The translations under genes and the position numbers were made by a program. The notes beneath the pieces were generated by a model. That model did not search any database. It was not told the origin of the DNA and was given only the letters and a program-made list of their open reading frames with translations. A stretch of DNA of 62,280 nucleotides, counting the filler, from Choristocarpus tenellus KU-1152 (taxonomy: Eukaryota; Protista; Phaeophyceae), in assembly GCA_964200185.2 (NCBI GenBank). It is 12 parts of 12 records of this genome, joined end to end, with 100 filler letters (N's around TTAATTAATTAA, not from the genome) between each part and the next. Parts side by side here need not be neighbours in the genome. Positions count along the whole stretch, not along the records: positions 1 to 4,079 come from CAXNAD020016331.1; positions 4,180 to 13,184 come from CAXNAD020004092.1; 10 more parts are not named here. The stretch is one strand, 5' to 3'. Of this stretch, positions 1-13,284 are shown piece after piece (position 1 is the first letter of the stretch; each line of letters starts with the position of its first letter).

Positions 1-758
1 TATTACAGTACTGCATGATGTTGCTGCGATATCTCCTATGGGTGCAACAGATATGACACTTTCCGTGTACTCTATTTATCTTGTACTGTGGATTTTTCTG
101 TGGAATGTCTTCAGTTGTGTAACCAGGTTCTATCTCCCTCAAGAGGTCAAATAATGGCGGTATCAACAGCTCTATGCTTTTTGTTTATTAGACACCAAAC
201 CAACCCTTTTTATTATATTTCATACTGTGCAGTATGCCCTCAACATGAGTCCCCTTCATTGTCTGTATCTTTGAATTTTCTTACTGTAAAAGTTGAACCA
301 AAGAAATCATTCGTGTCCGTGGAAGATGGTTTCTTTCTTATCTATTCCTGACAATTCCTGACAATATGCTAAAGCTGATTCCAGTATCTCAAGTTTCATT
401 TGAGCACATTAACATTTTCCCTGTAGAGCATCCACTTGGTTCAGCAAGGCTAGCTAGTGGACTGCCCCCTTTTTCCACCTTAGCCAAATAAGACTCATCA
501 AGTGTGACCCTGCAATTTACTGTCAAATTGCATCTCAACAGTCAGGAACAGCAATGTTTTATTGAAAAGCAATCAGAGAATGGCGGGCATGATTCACCTC
601 TTGTTGTTAAGGTAATTATAAGTTCAGATTTCTGAAATTCTTGGAAACGTGCATTTTGATGCAATATTGTTGATACATTTTGATTGTGCATTGTGTGTTT
701 AATTCACACTTCCCTGTTGCTGTACTATTTGTTGTCCTTGATTTGATGTGGAATATAG

Positions 759-1623
759 GTTGCCAGCTCTCTTCACACCAATGTCACTCATGTGATCATC
801 GACCCTGAGGATACTACAAGACTCCTGATGATCCAGGCACGCATCAGGTACAATGGGTTGTTTCAAAGGGGGAGCATATATGCATGTGTAGAGCTGTTTG
901 TGTGTGTGGTTGTCCTTTGTTCTTGCGAACCCTTGCCTTTTAGTGACTGCAAGTGTGGATAAGCATGCACCGGCAATCAAGCAAAGTTGTAGACTGAAGG
1001 GAATTATACACAATAGATTGGGGAAGGGGATTACTGCTGTTCAGGGGCCCCGTATGCAGGGGTTTTTTTAACTGTGTCACATCATTGTTCCCAACCATCA
1101 TTTCACTGCAGTAAGTCACTGCATCATATAGACTTAAGAAATATGGAGCGGTATCTACTACTAACAGGAAAAAAAGTTCCAGCAATTGTGTATATTGTAC
1201 ATAGATGAGTTAACAACTCAGAAGTAAATCGGTAAGGTTAAAACATAGGAGCCTTCTGTTGTTAAGGCAACAGAAGGCTGTTAAGACAGACGGTCAAGAG
1301 AAATCAGGTTGACCCTCTAGAGCTCAGGCGTACTATGACCAATTGAGTATATGATATAATGGCAATAAAAAAACTTATTTCCCACTGATTCTTGAAGGTT
1401 TTTCTACACAAATCTTTATATAGTAAGTGGATTCCGTCTAAAGACTACCCGTCGTACCTCCTAACAATCCAGGGAACTGCACGAGAGGGTTGAGTCTCGC
1501 TACCACAAAAGACTTATCTCTAGTGCATGGGTCCACCATTGTGTGAAGGCTGGCAAGTTTGAGCCGCCTGAAGATGAACATCTCATAAAACCTACCCACT
1601 GGACAGAGAAGAAAGAATGCTGA
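759..1623 (+). CDS. LIG4: C-terminal BRCT domain, probably DNA ligase IV (last two exons; 5' part outside window)
   Basis: Exons 759-847 and 1473-1623 (GT-AG, phase 2) splice to VASSLHTNVTHVIIDPEDTTRLLMIQARIRELHERVESRYHKRLISSAWVHHCVKAGKFEPPEDEHLIKPTHWTEKKEC*. 'VTHVI' and 'WVxxC' are BRCT hallmarks. A terminal BRCT of this shape resembles ligase IV BRCT2; the gene identity is inferred. Confidence 0.6.
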
Positions 1624-3519
1624 CTCACTATTATTTGGACAGTTCCATATAGGCTTGTGCATATTGAGATTTGTTATTGTCAGGTCTATGTTGTGCCTTG
1701 TCTACGCTTTCATACCAATGCTTTTTTTGACATGTTTTTGTGCAATTGATGTTGTAATTGACGCAGTATTTGGTGTTCTCCTCCTGTCCATGATTTTACC
1801 CTGTGTTTTTGATTATAGTATTTTTCATTGGTGTATACCCAAGTGCAGTAGTAGAATTGAGTGTATCCATAGCAAACCACCATATGCACTTGAGAGCACA
1901 CACAAGCAAACAAGCCTGAGGCTGCAAGTAGTCATGGGGTGGTACTGTTGCTGTTTTTCACAAGTCAAAGAAGGCTAGACTGCATTATGTGCTGGGATTA
2001 CCTGTACTTTGTAGGTATTTTGTCACTTTACTCTCCGGCAGGGGAAAGGAAAGGGAACCTGATGTAGGTAGGACATGCGTGAATGGTGGTGATAATGGGC
2101 GGACCCAGAAGAACGGGTAAGGTAGTCCAGAGTGTGAATACACGACAGAGAGGATTTGACAGAAAGCATTACAGTACAGTCTGGATGACAAATTAAATAG
2201 ATGTATTTCTGGTCCCAGGTGTCCACATACTGTGCCTTCATAGATGATAGATTCTCCACTAGCTGTGTATGTTCGTGAGGGAGTGTGTTGATTGCTTTTG
2301 GTGGATTCTGGCGACTGCATTTCCTGCAACTCCCAGTGACAGGTGGACATGGCTGTGTACCTCATCTACATATATATAATAACCTACTAAAGTCACCAGC
2401 AACCATTACCCACTCTACACCAATATACTATCAATAGGTTTTTATTGTGAGATACCAGTGGTGTTGTTGTTATAGTAGCAGCCTCCATTTTCTGTATTAG
2501 ACAGACCATAGAGGCAATGGCCAGCAGTGTTGCGAGAATGTCTCCTTCTGTACCCACATAACTGCAGAATCATCGGGCAGCCTTGACCCTGAGGTGGGCG
2601 GGACAGTCACTTTTATCTGTATTAGAGATATGCATACCAACGTGGGAAGACATTGGATGGGGACGATTTGCCTGCTAAACCTGGTGCTGAATGAGCACTA
2701 TGACGGATGTGCCTTTACACTGGAGGAGCTACAGCAACTACACACACGGGTTGGTGACGGCAGCACTGCAGCCAGGGGCCAATTTACGCTCCCATGTTAC
2801 TCTGAAGGGAGTGGCAGCCCAGAGCCTGCCATACTCTAGCACCTTACAATATACTTCCACTTCTTTGCTGACAACTCAACTTCCACCACCAATATACTCA
2901 AGTCCAGGTTTTCGATTACGCCTGGACTATCCCATACAGGGACTTCTGCAGTGATCCCACTACTCCATCAAACTTGGTCTTCCTGTAGTCCTCGCCTCGC
3001 CTTGGACCTCTGCACTATCCCTTTCCCATCTATCTGCCTTGATTGAAAACTTGTGCCTATTTTATGGGTAAGCAAACTAGATCTTTGCTCGTCTACTGTC
3101 TACGCCTATTTCCTCATCCACAGCACCTTTTCAAAAGGGTCACTCTTCCAGGTCCATTACCTCACTCATAGTCCTTATCTGTTGCTTGGATGGTGTGCCG
3201 GGTTCAGGTGCAAGCTAACTGTTACAATCTCCAAGTCTCAGTATCAATGCATTCTTCCCACTCCCCTGCTGCAACTTTTGATCCATATCACCCATGCCTG
3301 TATCCAATACACCATCTGACCTCACTGTCTCCACTCCCAACTCCCATTTCCTCGTACCTGAGGACTTGAAACAAATTCCACAGTGTGATCTCCACCTGAC
3401 TCCTCCAAGAGTTAGCCTGGTTCAGGTGGAGGGTCACTATTGGGATCCAGATTTTGCTTCCTCATGCTCCCTTGGTGTGACATTGGATCCGCATCACCAA
3501 TGGCAGTGTTCAACCTTTT

Positions 3520-4079
3520 ATCCTACTCCTCCCTCTCCATAGCCAACCTCCTTGCATTTTCTGTTATCGCAGGACTTAGCAGAACATTTTCAACAGCATC
3601 TGGTCTCAACTCATCCATAGTACCACTCAGACAAGGTATCATTCCCCCTTCCCCTAAATCCATGCATGGGGACTTCCAGTGGGGATTAACAGGCATGCAG
3701 GACAAGTTACTAAGGGTGTTAGTCATGTTGTGTGCCTCAGCCCACAACGCCAGTCGATCCCCTGGACCAACTGCATCATAACCAAGCCTTTTTCTGCAAT
3801 GAATGGGCCGTTCCACCTTCCCACTAGTTGAGGAGTTCCAGGCACAGCGTACTCATCCCTTATCTTGTGTCCAACCTACTTCCACTCACCAGTCAAAATA
3901 TTGTCACCCCCCTTGGCATACTTTCTAACCAAACACCTCACAGCAATGTCCCAGTTGGCGTTGCATCTGAGGTATGTCAATACACATACCGGTCTCAATC
4001 CCCCACTCAACCCCCCCGGGACAGTAACATATGCCACAGCCTCAACTAAGGCCAACTCATTAGTTGCCACAACATCCTC
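3520..4079 (-). mobile_element. Degenerate Ty1/Copia retrotransposon integrase remnant
   Basis: Frameshifted minus-strand motifs IRDEYAVPGTPQ..GKVERPI, LWAEAHNMTNTLSN..NPHWKSP and ELRPDAVENVLLSPA match the Copia integrase pattern (TPQQNGxxER; LWAEAxxTAxYLxN; KLxPxA). Confidence 0.65.
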
Positions 4080-4179
4080 NNNNNNNNNNNNNNNNNNNNN
4101 NNNNNNNNNNNNNNNNNNNNNNNTTAATTAATTAANNNNNNNNNNNNNNNNNNNNNNNNNNNNNNNNNNNNNNNNNNNN
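4080..4179. other. Artificial contig linker (44N + TTAATTAATTAA + 44N)
   Basis: Identical 100-bp spacers with stops in all six frames at 4080, 13185, 15937, 21529, 25707, 36513, 40656, 43331, 45947, 50766 and 53629. Confidence 0.98.
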
Positions 4180-4288
4180 CTCCATCCTCAATTTTTGAAA
4201 TCTGCTGTTGTACAAAATAGCAGGGGTTTTTACCCCTTCATAGGATGCTTTAAATGTAACCCTGGCTACCTCTCAATCGGTTTGGCTC
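4180..4288 (-). mobile_element. MITE family C, partial (one end)
   Basis: Ends in ctacctctcaatcggtttggctc, the reverse complement of the family C TIR GAGCCAAACC(A/G)ATTGAGAGGTAG; truncated by the contig start. Confidence 0.7.
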
Positions 4289-6194
4289 TAATACACACAC
4301 TGTTGACAGTCTTGAGAGGAGAATAGTTCATGTGATATCTTGCCCTCCATACCCAAGAAGAGATACGATACAACAAAAAATGAACAAAAGCGCAATAATA
4401 GCGCGACCAATTTGGAATTCAAGACCTGAACATCAGGAGAAGTAAATATACAAGTAGTGAGTAAGAAGACTGCTCCCACTTTGAGGAGTCACGCGTACAT
4501 GATGTTTCAATAGAAACAATAACAATAGTCATGTGTACAATTCATATTCTGGGAGCACACACTATGGTATATGAAGTTGCTTAGCGAAGTATGCATACAT
4601 ACAATGCGTTTATTTGATGAATGATAACCTTTCTTTGTCGTCGTCTGTTACAACAGGACTCAACGTAAGAGTACTTGCTATCATTAACCACACTCAACAG
4701 AAACAATTTCACCCCTGCTTGTTTCTGGAAGTTCCCATTACGCATTTGACTACTTCCTTGACTTGGCATCCAACACAAGCATCTGTATCATTTGAGAAGT
4801 AGGAAGCTTCACCAGGGGTGGGGTATGTCCACCACCAGTAGTAGTTAGGGGAAAGGACGTCATGATAAATTGAAGTGCTAAGAAATTGATACAAGAAATT
4901 TCAAACACTATTATGGTGCAGCAGTTACAACTTTTAACACTATTACTTCCTGTTCGTTTTAAATTTATATACACTCCTCAGTCAGTAAATAATAGTGATA
5001 ATATTTGACCTGAATATTTTATTTAAACTTCGATGATACCCATTATTTTTAATCTTCATTGTTTCATCATTTCATCATTTCACTGCACAAAACACATGAT
5101 ACAAAAAATGGTTTGATGAGGTCCTAATAATAAAAGTACGCGCACGAGTTTCGATTGGGAAGTCATCATCATCACCTGATAGTCATAGAACATCAGCATA
5201 ATACGTGTGTGAATGTACCTCCATACTACTTCTATTTGATCAACTGAAGAGTCCACAGTATTGTGATAAGATCACACTTCTAGTATAATAGTGCTCAGAG
5301 TACTAGAGTAGTATTATCTACTGTCAGGTCGGAGGAACATTCTCCAGTATAGTATCCTAGAAGAGGGGTCAGGAGTTCGTTCAGGGTCTCTGTGACCCTG
5401 TTGTGATGTGCATATCATTTGAGTGAACGTGTCAGATTTTTTAAAATCCCTCATCTTGATGCCCCTTCCTTTTCTATCCCCCTCCCTAGACACAATCCGA
5501 AGAAGAATCACCCGCAAAACTAGCATCAGACTCAGGTATTTTATAATACCCCATTAAGTCTCAATTAGACAACCCCGTCTAATCCCCCCTCCCTCTCGGA
5601 TACCATAGGCCTCAATTAAGAATTCCTGTTAGTCACTTTGAAGGTCATGTTATGCATAGACTCCATAGGTACAGACGTACGTTTAGCTCAATTAAACTTT
5701 CCAAAGGCAGGCACATCCCCCCTTGTGCCTTCCCTCCTAGTGCTGGAGTTTCAACTCCTTTCCCCCCCCCCAGGAACAAAACACACAGTCCCCCGTACGC
5801 ATTTCGTCCTGATGCTACTGGAGCACTGTGGCTGCTTGGTGGTTGATATTACCTTCCCTTTTCCCCCCAGGTCAGCCCCCGTGAGCTTACCCCGACTCCT
5901 CCCCCCACTGCTCCTTTACCCCTCGACCTACTGGAGCACAGTAGCTACTACTTGGTGGAGCTTCTCCTCTTCTTTCCCCTGGCGCTGTACCTCATCCTTG
6001 GCACGAATGATCGGCAGTAGCCCAATGTGGTTGTTGCATGCGAGACAGAAGTACTTTCAGTCGCATTGTCGCTCGACAGTATTGTTGCCACACTTTCATC
6101 TGAGTGTGTGCATTTCTGCTGACATAGTGGAAATAAAAATTGCAACATGAGGTGTAGGGATTAAGTACACAAGAAGAGGATTCTGTAGGGGACA

Positions 6195-6450
6195 GAGTCA
6201 AAGTATCTTAGAGGGTAGAGCCGCGTCCAATTCGGGGCCAAAATCCAATGTTGCGATTTTGATGTAATTTTGACCATCATTTTTGTTAAGTGTCAATATC
6301 CTTGTTCCAGACACACCTTTTCATAACGTATGCATTTTACCTCCTCCGAAACATTTTGGAGTAGGAAAATGTCATTAAAAAAAAGATGGGAAGCCAAGCC
6401 CGAAATGGACAAATGGGGCAAAACTCGTACCCTCTAAGATACTTTCACTC
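6195..6450 (+). mobile_element. MITE family A, full length (~256 bp)
   Basis: TIRs GAGTCAAAGTATCTTAGAGGGTA / TACCCTCTAAGATACTTTCACTC; flanking 3-bp duplication ACA; homologous copies at 49931, 51820, 51922 and 52970. Confidence 0.9.
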
Positions 6451-8339
6451 ACACCCAGGAGAGAAAGGAGAGCATCTTTGCCATAAGTTCGTCTAAAGAA
6501 CTGACAACCCTAGCAACACATGCGGAGCCCAGACCACATTCCTATCTCGGTTGCCCTGGTTGCGCCAATTAGAATGAGGACCATGAACTTCCCATTACAA
6601 ACGTCTTCACCCTAGACACAATAAAGGGAAGTCCTTACCCCCATACGCCCATATAGACAGATCATAGCTGACACCCTCACATTGTCCATTTCAAGTGACA
6701 GTAACTACTAGTAGGTAACAAAAGTATTTTTCGTCGGGACAATTTGCCGATAAATCACACTTTCTGGCAACTCAAGAGGGGCCTCATTGCATTGGGAATG
6801 ATTACTGTAAACAGGGGGCAAACGGTGCCAGACAGCTAACACACATCGGTCACCAACAGTACTGAGTGCAAAACAAGGCAAATATCCCTAAGGGATACTC
6901 GCCTATCCTGTCTGTGGCACTGGCAGCAAGCAAGGGCATGAAGAGATCAAGCAGTACGCTGTTGTATGATTGAGGGAACAACAAACACCGCACCTTCTCA
7001 CCTCACAACTACTAATAATACATAAACTATAGTCTGAGGACTATCCCTGACCAGTGGCCAAAGGCAGTACACATCTACTACTACTGTATGTATCTACTTG
7101 CACTATCCCCTCTACTCATTCGCCCATCCCACTACTTACTCATCGCTCCGCCTTCTCTGTTAAATCTAGTGCTGGACTTGTCTCTGCTTTGCTTGGCAAG
7201 AAATGTTGCCACCTTTTTCTTGATCTATATTATTTTGTAGAATAGCACAGATAGGATTGTATAGGTCGGTGTTCAGTCTGTAGTGCCTTCAGATAGTCCA
7301 AATCAGATTTCCATATTCCCATGAAAAGAAGTGTTGCAACAAGAAGAGGGTTAAAACCCGAAAAATTCGTTCAGGACCCAAAAAGGTGATCCCACATTCA
7401 TTCTTGTTCTAAACATATTCTACACCACTTGATTATTCCACACAAATTCCATGTCCGGTTTGGAGTGCGCGATTTTATTTATTTTACATCTAGTAGGTCA
7501 TATTGCCCTACAACTAACTCTTGTTAGACGATGAACCTTGATCCTTTCTAATTATTTTTTTTAATCACATCTTTCGTACAATACAAATAAAAAACAAGTA
7601 GTTCAAGTAATCCTCTATTTCAGTGGTTGTTGTGGAAGGGTTCTATATTATTTTTATTTGTCTATATACTGACTGATACTCAAATCGACCCAGCGAAAAT
7701 TCTTGCGTCTTCTTCCTTCCTCTATCACCAGACATCATCAGACGAGCAGAAGACCATTTTTAAGTAACCCCAGGTCTCATCTTCTAATCGTGCTCAGCTT
7801 TTATGCCCAGGTTCAAGCTCTCAAATCTCGGGATTTGAACAAGGACATTTTCTTCTTCAGGGTGGAGCAAATTCGACATTACTTTCTGTCGCTAAGATAT
7901 GGCGGGATGTTCCTGGTAAAGAGCCATTAAAAATAGCCTCAAGTTGGCACAATGCTGTGCACATTGCACACGTCGATCCCTCGCACTTAATTTTGAGAAT
8001 CTTGGAGAGAATTATGGGCTCACCTGTGACTATCATCGTACATGTGCAAGTAGTGCAGTGCTATACTTACCTCTAGCCGGAAGTTGGTCTCTCTGTGTTC
8101 TCAGATAGAACTTCTAGTAGAAACAGTAGCAGTAGTAGTAGCAGTAGTGTGCTGAAGTGCAGGAACAAATAAAACACAATAATAATAGTAACAAATAAAT
8201 ATACTACTAGTGAGAGAAATTGATAATAGGATTCAAACAACCACTGCTATATACAGCACTATCACCACTGACTATACCATATCAATACCTCTTCTAACAT
8301 CACATACACATCTCAGGACCAAGTGTTCTTCATCCAGCC

Positions 8340-8460
8340 AGGCAGGCAACTGGCAGCCTTTGTGTTGAGATGTGATCCGCACCCTGTTTGTATTTCATGC
8401 GCTTGCTCTGGTCGACAGCCAGGTCAGTGCAGTGTGCTTGCGTCAGCCTAGGATGTATAA
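8340..8460 (-). mobile_element. Possible highly decayed Ty3/Gypsy RNase H remnant
   Basis: Frameshifted minus-strand HTALTWL and MKYKQGADHISTQRLP resemble TDHxALxWL / YKPGxxxxADALSRLP. Confidence 0.35.
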
Positions 8461-9377
8461 AGGGTGACACATGATGTGTAGAATTTGTATTTTGGTGGGA
8501 GAGCAATGTTCTTTTTGTCCGCTGGTGCTCGACATGGATGTCAGCGATCTAAGCAGACACGCGCACATAATCTATCTGTACTTCGTCTCTACTGTGCTGT
8601 TGCAGTGCTGCCGTACATCCAAGTTTGGGGTTTCTTGCTTGTTGGCACATGTACGTGCCGACATTTCTCGCGTTTGCCAGGGGAAGTTGTTGTGCCTTGA
8701 TCTTCATACACACAACTTGAGCCATCATATAATATACGCACTGTATCAGAGAGGGGTCCAACCATGCATGTTGTAGGGTTGGTATGACTCAACATCAATA
8801 AACAGAGTATGAAAAGAGTGTACATTTACCAAAACATTGGCATCTTGCTCGAGGAAACCAGTTCGTCTGACATCAATCAATGTGTTCGCTTGGACTCCAA
8901 ATACTTCACTGATTTCAAAACATCTTGTACACCTCTTTTTCCCCGTACCCTTTACTATAAGTATCCATTTAGAATGCTCTCAAACCTTCGGTGATTTACT
9001 TTCACACCACCACTCTCCCCAATCACCATAGTTACAACTCAAACGTTTTGCCTGATCATCATATCATCAATCCACTATTAGCTGTGTCAGGGCAATAGGA
9101 AATACATCACGCCGTTCCTTGCATACTGAATACCACCCCAGGTTCTCTGGCAACTTAACCTTCGCACTCACAACGAACGTATATGAGTTTATATTATTTA
9201 CAAACTTTGAATTAGTACTATTATTTGGTGTGTGGTTTGGTGTGGGATATTGAACGTGTGTGGTTCATCCGTCCAACCATCCCAACATGTTACGAAATGA
9301 TGACAATTCAACTCATGACTATTCCGTGTAAGTACTGGATTGGGGAGATGGAAACGGCCGAAGCACGACGCCGATCC

Positions 9378-12300
9378 ATGGCGCTTAGCAGAGTGTTTGT
9401 GCTGCTAGCCCTTGCCACTGGTCATGGAGCCATGGCCTTCGTGACAGCTCCCTCTGCAACTCGTCTTATCTCTACACCAGGCCGTGATCGAGGCATTACG
9501 AGCTTGGTGGTGCGTTGACCGTTGACCATCCAGTAAGCAAATCTGAGGTATCAGAAAGCATACACGAGATGAAGCGCATTCGATTGAATGTCTCCCACCC
9601 TCTGTTACTCTGCATCGACAGGATAAATCTCCGCTAAATATCGGACAAGTGCCTTGCGTTATCCAGGAGGCCTCGCGTCATAATCACCATGGTGCTGGAC
9701 CAGGCCCGCTTATGCTCTCGGGTCAGGAGTTCGCCACATGCTCGGACGCGGACTTTCAAGCGTACATCGCGGGATGGCTTTTCGTATGGAGTGGAATTAT
9801 CCCCTACACGTTCATCGCCGCGAAGGTGAGTGGATAAAATCTCTCTGAACGCACATAGATATGGCTGGATTTTCATGTGCTACGCACGAGTTGAAGCAAC
9901 AGGCAGGAGAAGGGTTACCCCCTCAATATGGATGACCCCGAGGAAAATGTATGTTGGATTTTTTTGCGAAGGTCCCAGCATAGTATCATGGTTGATAGTT
10001 ATCCAATGTGTGTATAACAATGCCATCTATTCTTTGCACATGATTCGAGGGGGCTATTCAATTTCTATGTCCTTGCTAAACTCAGGAAATGCCTCTCGGG
10101 GAGGGAGGTTTTCGATGGTGATCTGGACTTCCCATCAACTAGATGAGGTCTCGATTGATTTTGCGATTCTATATATGATCGCACAGGATTTGTACCAACA
10201 CAAGAGTAACCCGAACCTTTCTGTGGTACGGCGTATCAGAATGTACTTGGGGAGGTTGTGAGCGCGAAGTTGAACCCAGCTGTGGCGAAAGGAGAGGATG
10301 CGACGATTTCTAACCAGGCGATACTGCTGTACCCGGAGCCTGTGAAGATTCTCGACCTGATAAACATCGTTGGTCGTTTCGAGAGGTATAGTCTAGGACT
10401 AGTCTTCTTCAGTAGCTTTCATTGGACCAACTTCTCCATGCGTTTTATATTTTTTATGTTATGAGGTAGCACCCCTTGCATCCCTTGTTTTTCATACCCT
10501 CCCCCATTAAGGTGCCCAGAATGCATTGGATGGTACGATATCATAGAGATAACTTATTTTTGAGGATAGTGTTGCCCTTACTGAAGCACCTGTGTGATTG
10601 GCGTAGTAAATAAACCTCTGATTTTTTAGGGTGTTGAGTAAGATAGAATACCTCTGTCCTGGCTAATTGGTTGGTGGGGATAGTTGGCGGGGCAGGGGGA
10701 GGGGCAGTGACAGGCAAGATCTTGACCACCTCTTGAACATCTCTCCATGCCTCACATACCAACCTTTTGTTACTTAATAGAGTCAGGTAGGTGGGATATG
10801 ACAAGTGTACTTCCTTTTAAATTGAGAGTGCTGAACACATTATGGCTCACATCTAAGTCCACCTGTAGTCTGAGGGTTGCGTAGAGTTTGTGCGCAGATC
10901 ATATTGCTTTGTATCTACAGACTGCACACATGCATGCTTCTAGGAGCAGATGGCAGATGCTTGTGTGAATTGTCTGTTGTGTGGTGAGCTATTTGATGTT
11001 ACAGACTTTTAAAGTCTCTATTGACTTACTAGAGTTTGCTTTGCCGCAGCCCTTATTCATGATTTTGTTTGGTTTCATTGAAAAATCAATACAGATGGAA
11101 ATTTATATATATATAAATATGTATTTGTAAATTGCTTCTGCAGTGTGTGGTATTATTTGTACATTCCAATTGTTCAAGAGGTAACTGTGTACTTCAAACT
11201 ATGGTAATGTAGCTGGGCACCAGATGGCATGCATTGTGCTTTTTAGCTATTTGAAAAGGCTGATTACATCTCAAGAAGGTGCATCTTAATGCTCTTTTTT
11301 ATGAGTTGCGTGTTCTCCTCTTCATTCATGGCCCTTAGGTCTAGACTGTGGCGAAAACGTTGGTTGATGATGAGCATGTTATGCCTGGTAAGACCACTAC
11401 TACTGTTTGGAAGATTTTTCGTTAAGATATTAGATTTTTGAGATAGCCTCCCCTGCCACTCTCAATCAGTTTCTGTAACAAGAGCTTTCACAATAATTCC
11501 CCACCCATCACCGTACTTGTTGCCACCCCTACCCTCACACACTCCTCTGTCACCATGGAACAATGCTGCTTGTTGCCTTTGCATATTACTTCTGGATGCC
11601 AATGGATGCATACCCCTTTGTGTGATCTATCTGATTGGATGCCACACGCTTTTCGATACACCAATCAGCTTTGAGGATGTGCAACCCATGGAAAAATCCA
11701 CGTTTGGCTCTTCAAACTACCTTAACCGAGCTGACTTCAAGGTAGTCTGGTCAGACCACTCTCTGGGGCGGGGAGCAGACTTTTCTTTTTTTGCAGACAC
11801 TGACTCGCCGGCTACAAAAATGCACATTGCAGGGATGGAATGCTTGTAGGTACCTTCTCAAGCCTATGCCTTTTGCAGTCAATGTCACAGTTCGAGCGCT
11901 GTGACTGTTAGGTTGAAGATTGTTTTTGCGGCGTGGTTCCTCAGGGGATGAAGTAACACTACAGCAAGCTTGGCGTGGAGGAGAGAGATAGAGATTGTGT
12001 TACATTAGATTTTGTCTGTGTTCCCCATGTTATTTTGAGAGTGAGATGTACCATTGTGTTGGTTTATGTAGTTTATGTGTGTGTGCCTTCGACTGGTGTT
12101 CATTCCCCATCTGGTTGCACAGGCAGCAATAGCCAGTGCGCAGTATTCAGTGTCCATTGTGTTGATTTGTTTTTGTTTGTTGTTGAAGGTTGTTGCCGAT
12201 CTTGACCAAAAATATTACAGGCCAGGGTTGGTTCAGAGTTCAAGCAATCTATGCCCCTTATTTTTCCACACACACACATATATTCTTTTCTTGCCCCTGC

Positions 12301-12535
12301 CCCGAATACCCTTTGACTACTATAGTAACACCTCGGTTTCTCAGGCTAGCCTTCAAAAACGCAAGTTTAAGGGGTGGCCAATGGGTCCCGATGGCAAGCC
12401 CGCTGTGGCCAGTGCATTTGGAGGGGATGTGCGAAAGGTTTCTACTTTGCTTGCAAGGCGTGAATTGTCAGAGAGCACAATGGATGCAGTGTTTGATTCG
12501 TTTTGCGGGAGCCCACTGTCTATCATTGCTGACAG
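9378..12535 (+). CDS. Uncharacterised plastid-targeted, probably membrane-anchored protein (3' truncated)
   Basis: Exons 9378-9509, 9622-9825, 10240-10385, 11669-11741 and 12345-12535 splice in frame with GT-AG sites. The N-terminus MALSRVFVLLALATGHGAM-AFVTAP is a signal peptide plus ASAFAP-like motif. There is a hydrophobic segment YIAGWLFVWSGIIPYTFIAA. Confidence 0.8.
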
Positions 12536-13089
12536 GTAGGGAGTGAGCTCTGCGTGCTGTGTGGTGGGGAAGTTACAAAGCTGAGTGTCTAGGGGGCAAT
12601 AGGAAAGGCATGTTCCAGACTTGAAGGACGTCCCAGGATTACCATTGTTTTTATTGCTTTTCACCTTGGATGGCGTTTTTTTGTGGCATACTGTATGACA
12701 TGGTGGCTCCTGATTTAACACAATAGTGTAGGGCATAGCTTCTTGTCAGGGCAAGTATCATACCATCCTTGTAAGTAGTGGTATGCATGATCTGGGGAAA
12801 GGAAGGTACGCTCTGGGTCACACTATTTTGAACCAAGTTATTTGTATTTTTTGGCATTTTTTGATACCATGTCATCATTGTGCGGTGAGTGCATTGCATG
12901 TGCCCCCTTTGATGTGCTTAAGGGCTATCCTGCAGTGCATGTTGAGTATCATATGTGATACGTGCTGCTTTTACACAAACAGGGGGAGTTTCAGTTACCC
13001 AGCCATTAATTAGTGCTTATGTTTCATATCCCTGCTGTACCTACCTCTTCTTCATTGCTTGCACCATTTGATGTGCAGATGGATCTCGA

Positions 13090-13139
<50 letters not shown>

Positions 13140-13184
13140 AAAAAAACACAACCACACCCCCCACCCCACCGGCACGACGCAGCA

Positions 13185-13284
13185 NNNNNNNNNNNNNNNN
13201 NNNNNNNNNNNNNNNNNNNNNNNNNNNNTTAATTAATTAANNNNNNNNNNNNNNNNNNNNNNNNNNNNNNNNNNNNNNNNNNNN
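13185..13284. other. Artificial contig linker
   Basis: 44N-TTAATTAATTAA-44N. Confidence 0.98.

Noticed and set aside
5638-6150. 170-aa ORF
   Set aside because: No recognisable motifs or splice support; it lies in repeat-like DNA next to a MITE.
11339-11387. Extra exon in the plastid protein gene
   Set aside because: It has AG/GT boundaries, but exons 10240-10385 and 11669-11741 already join in phase and including it breaks the frame.
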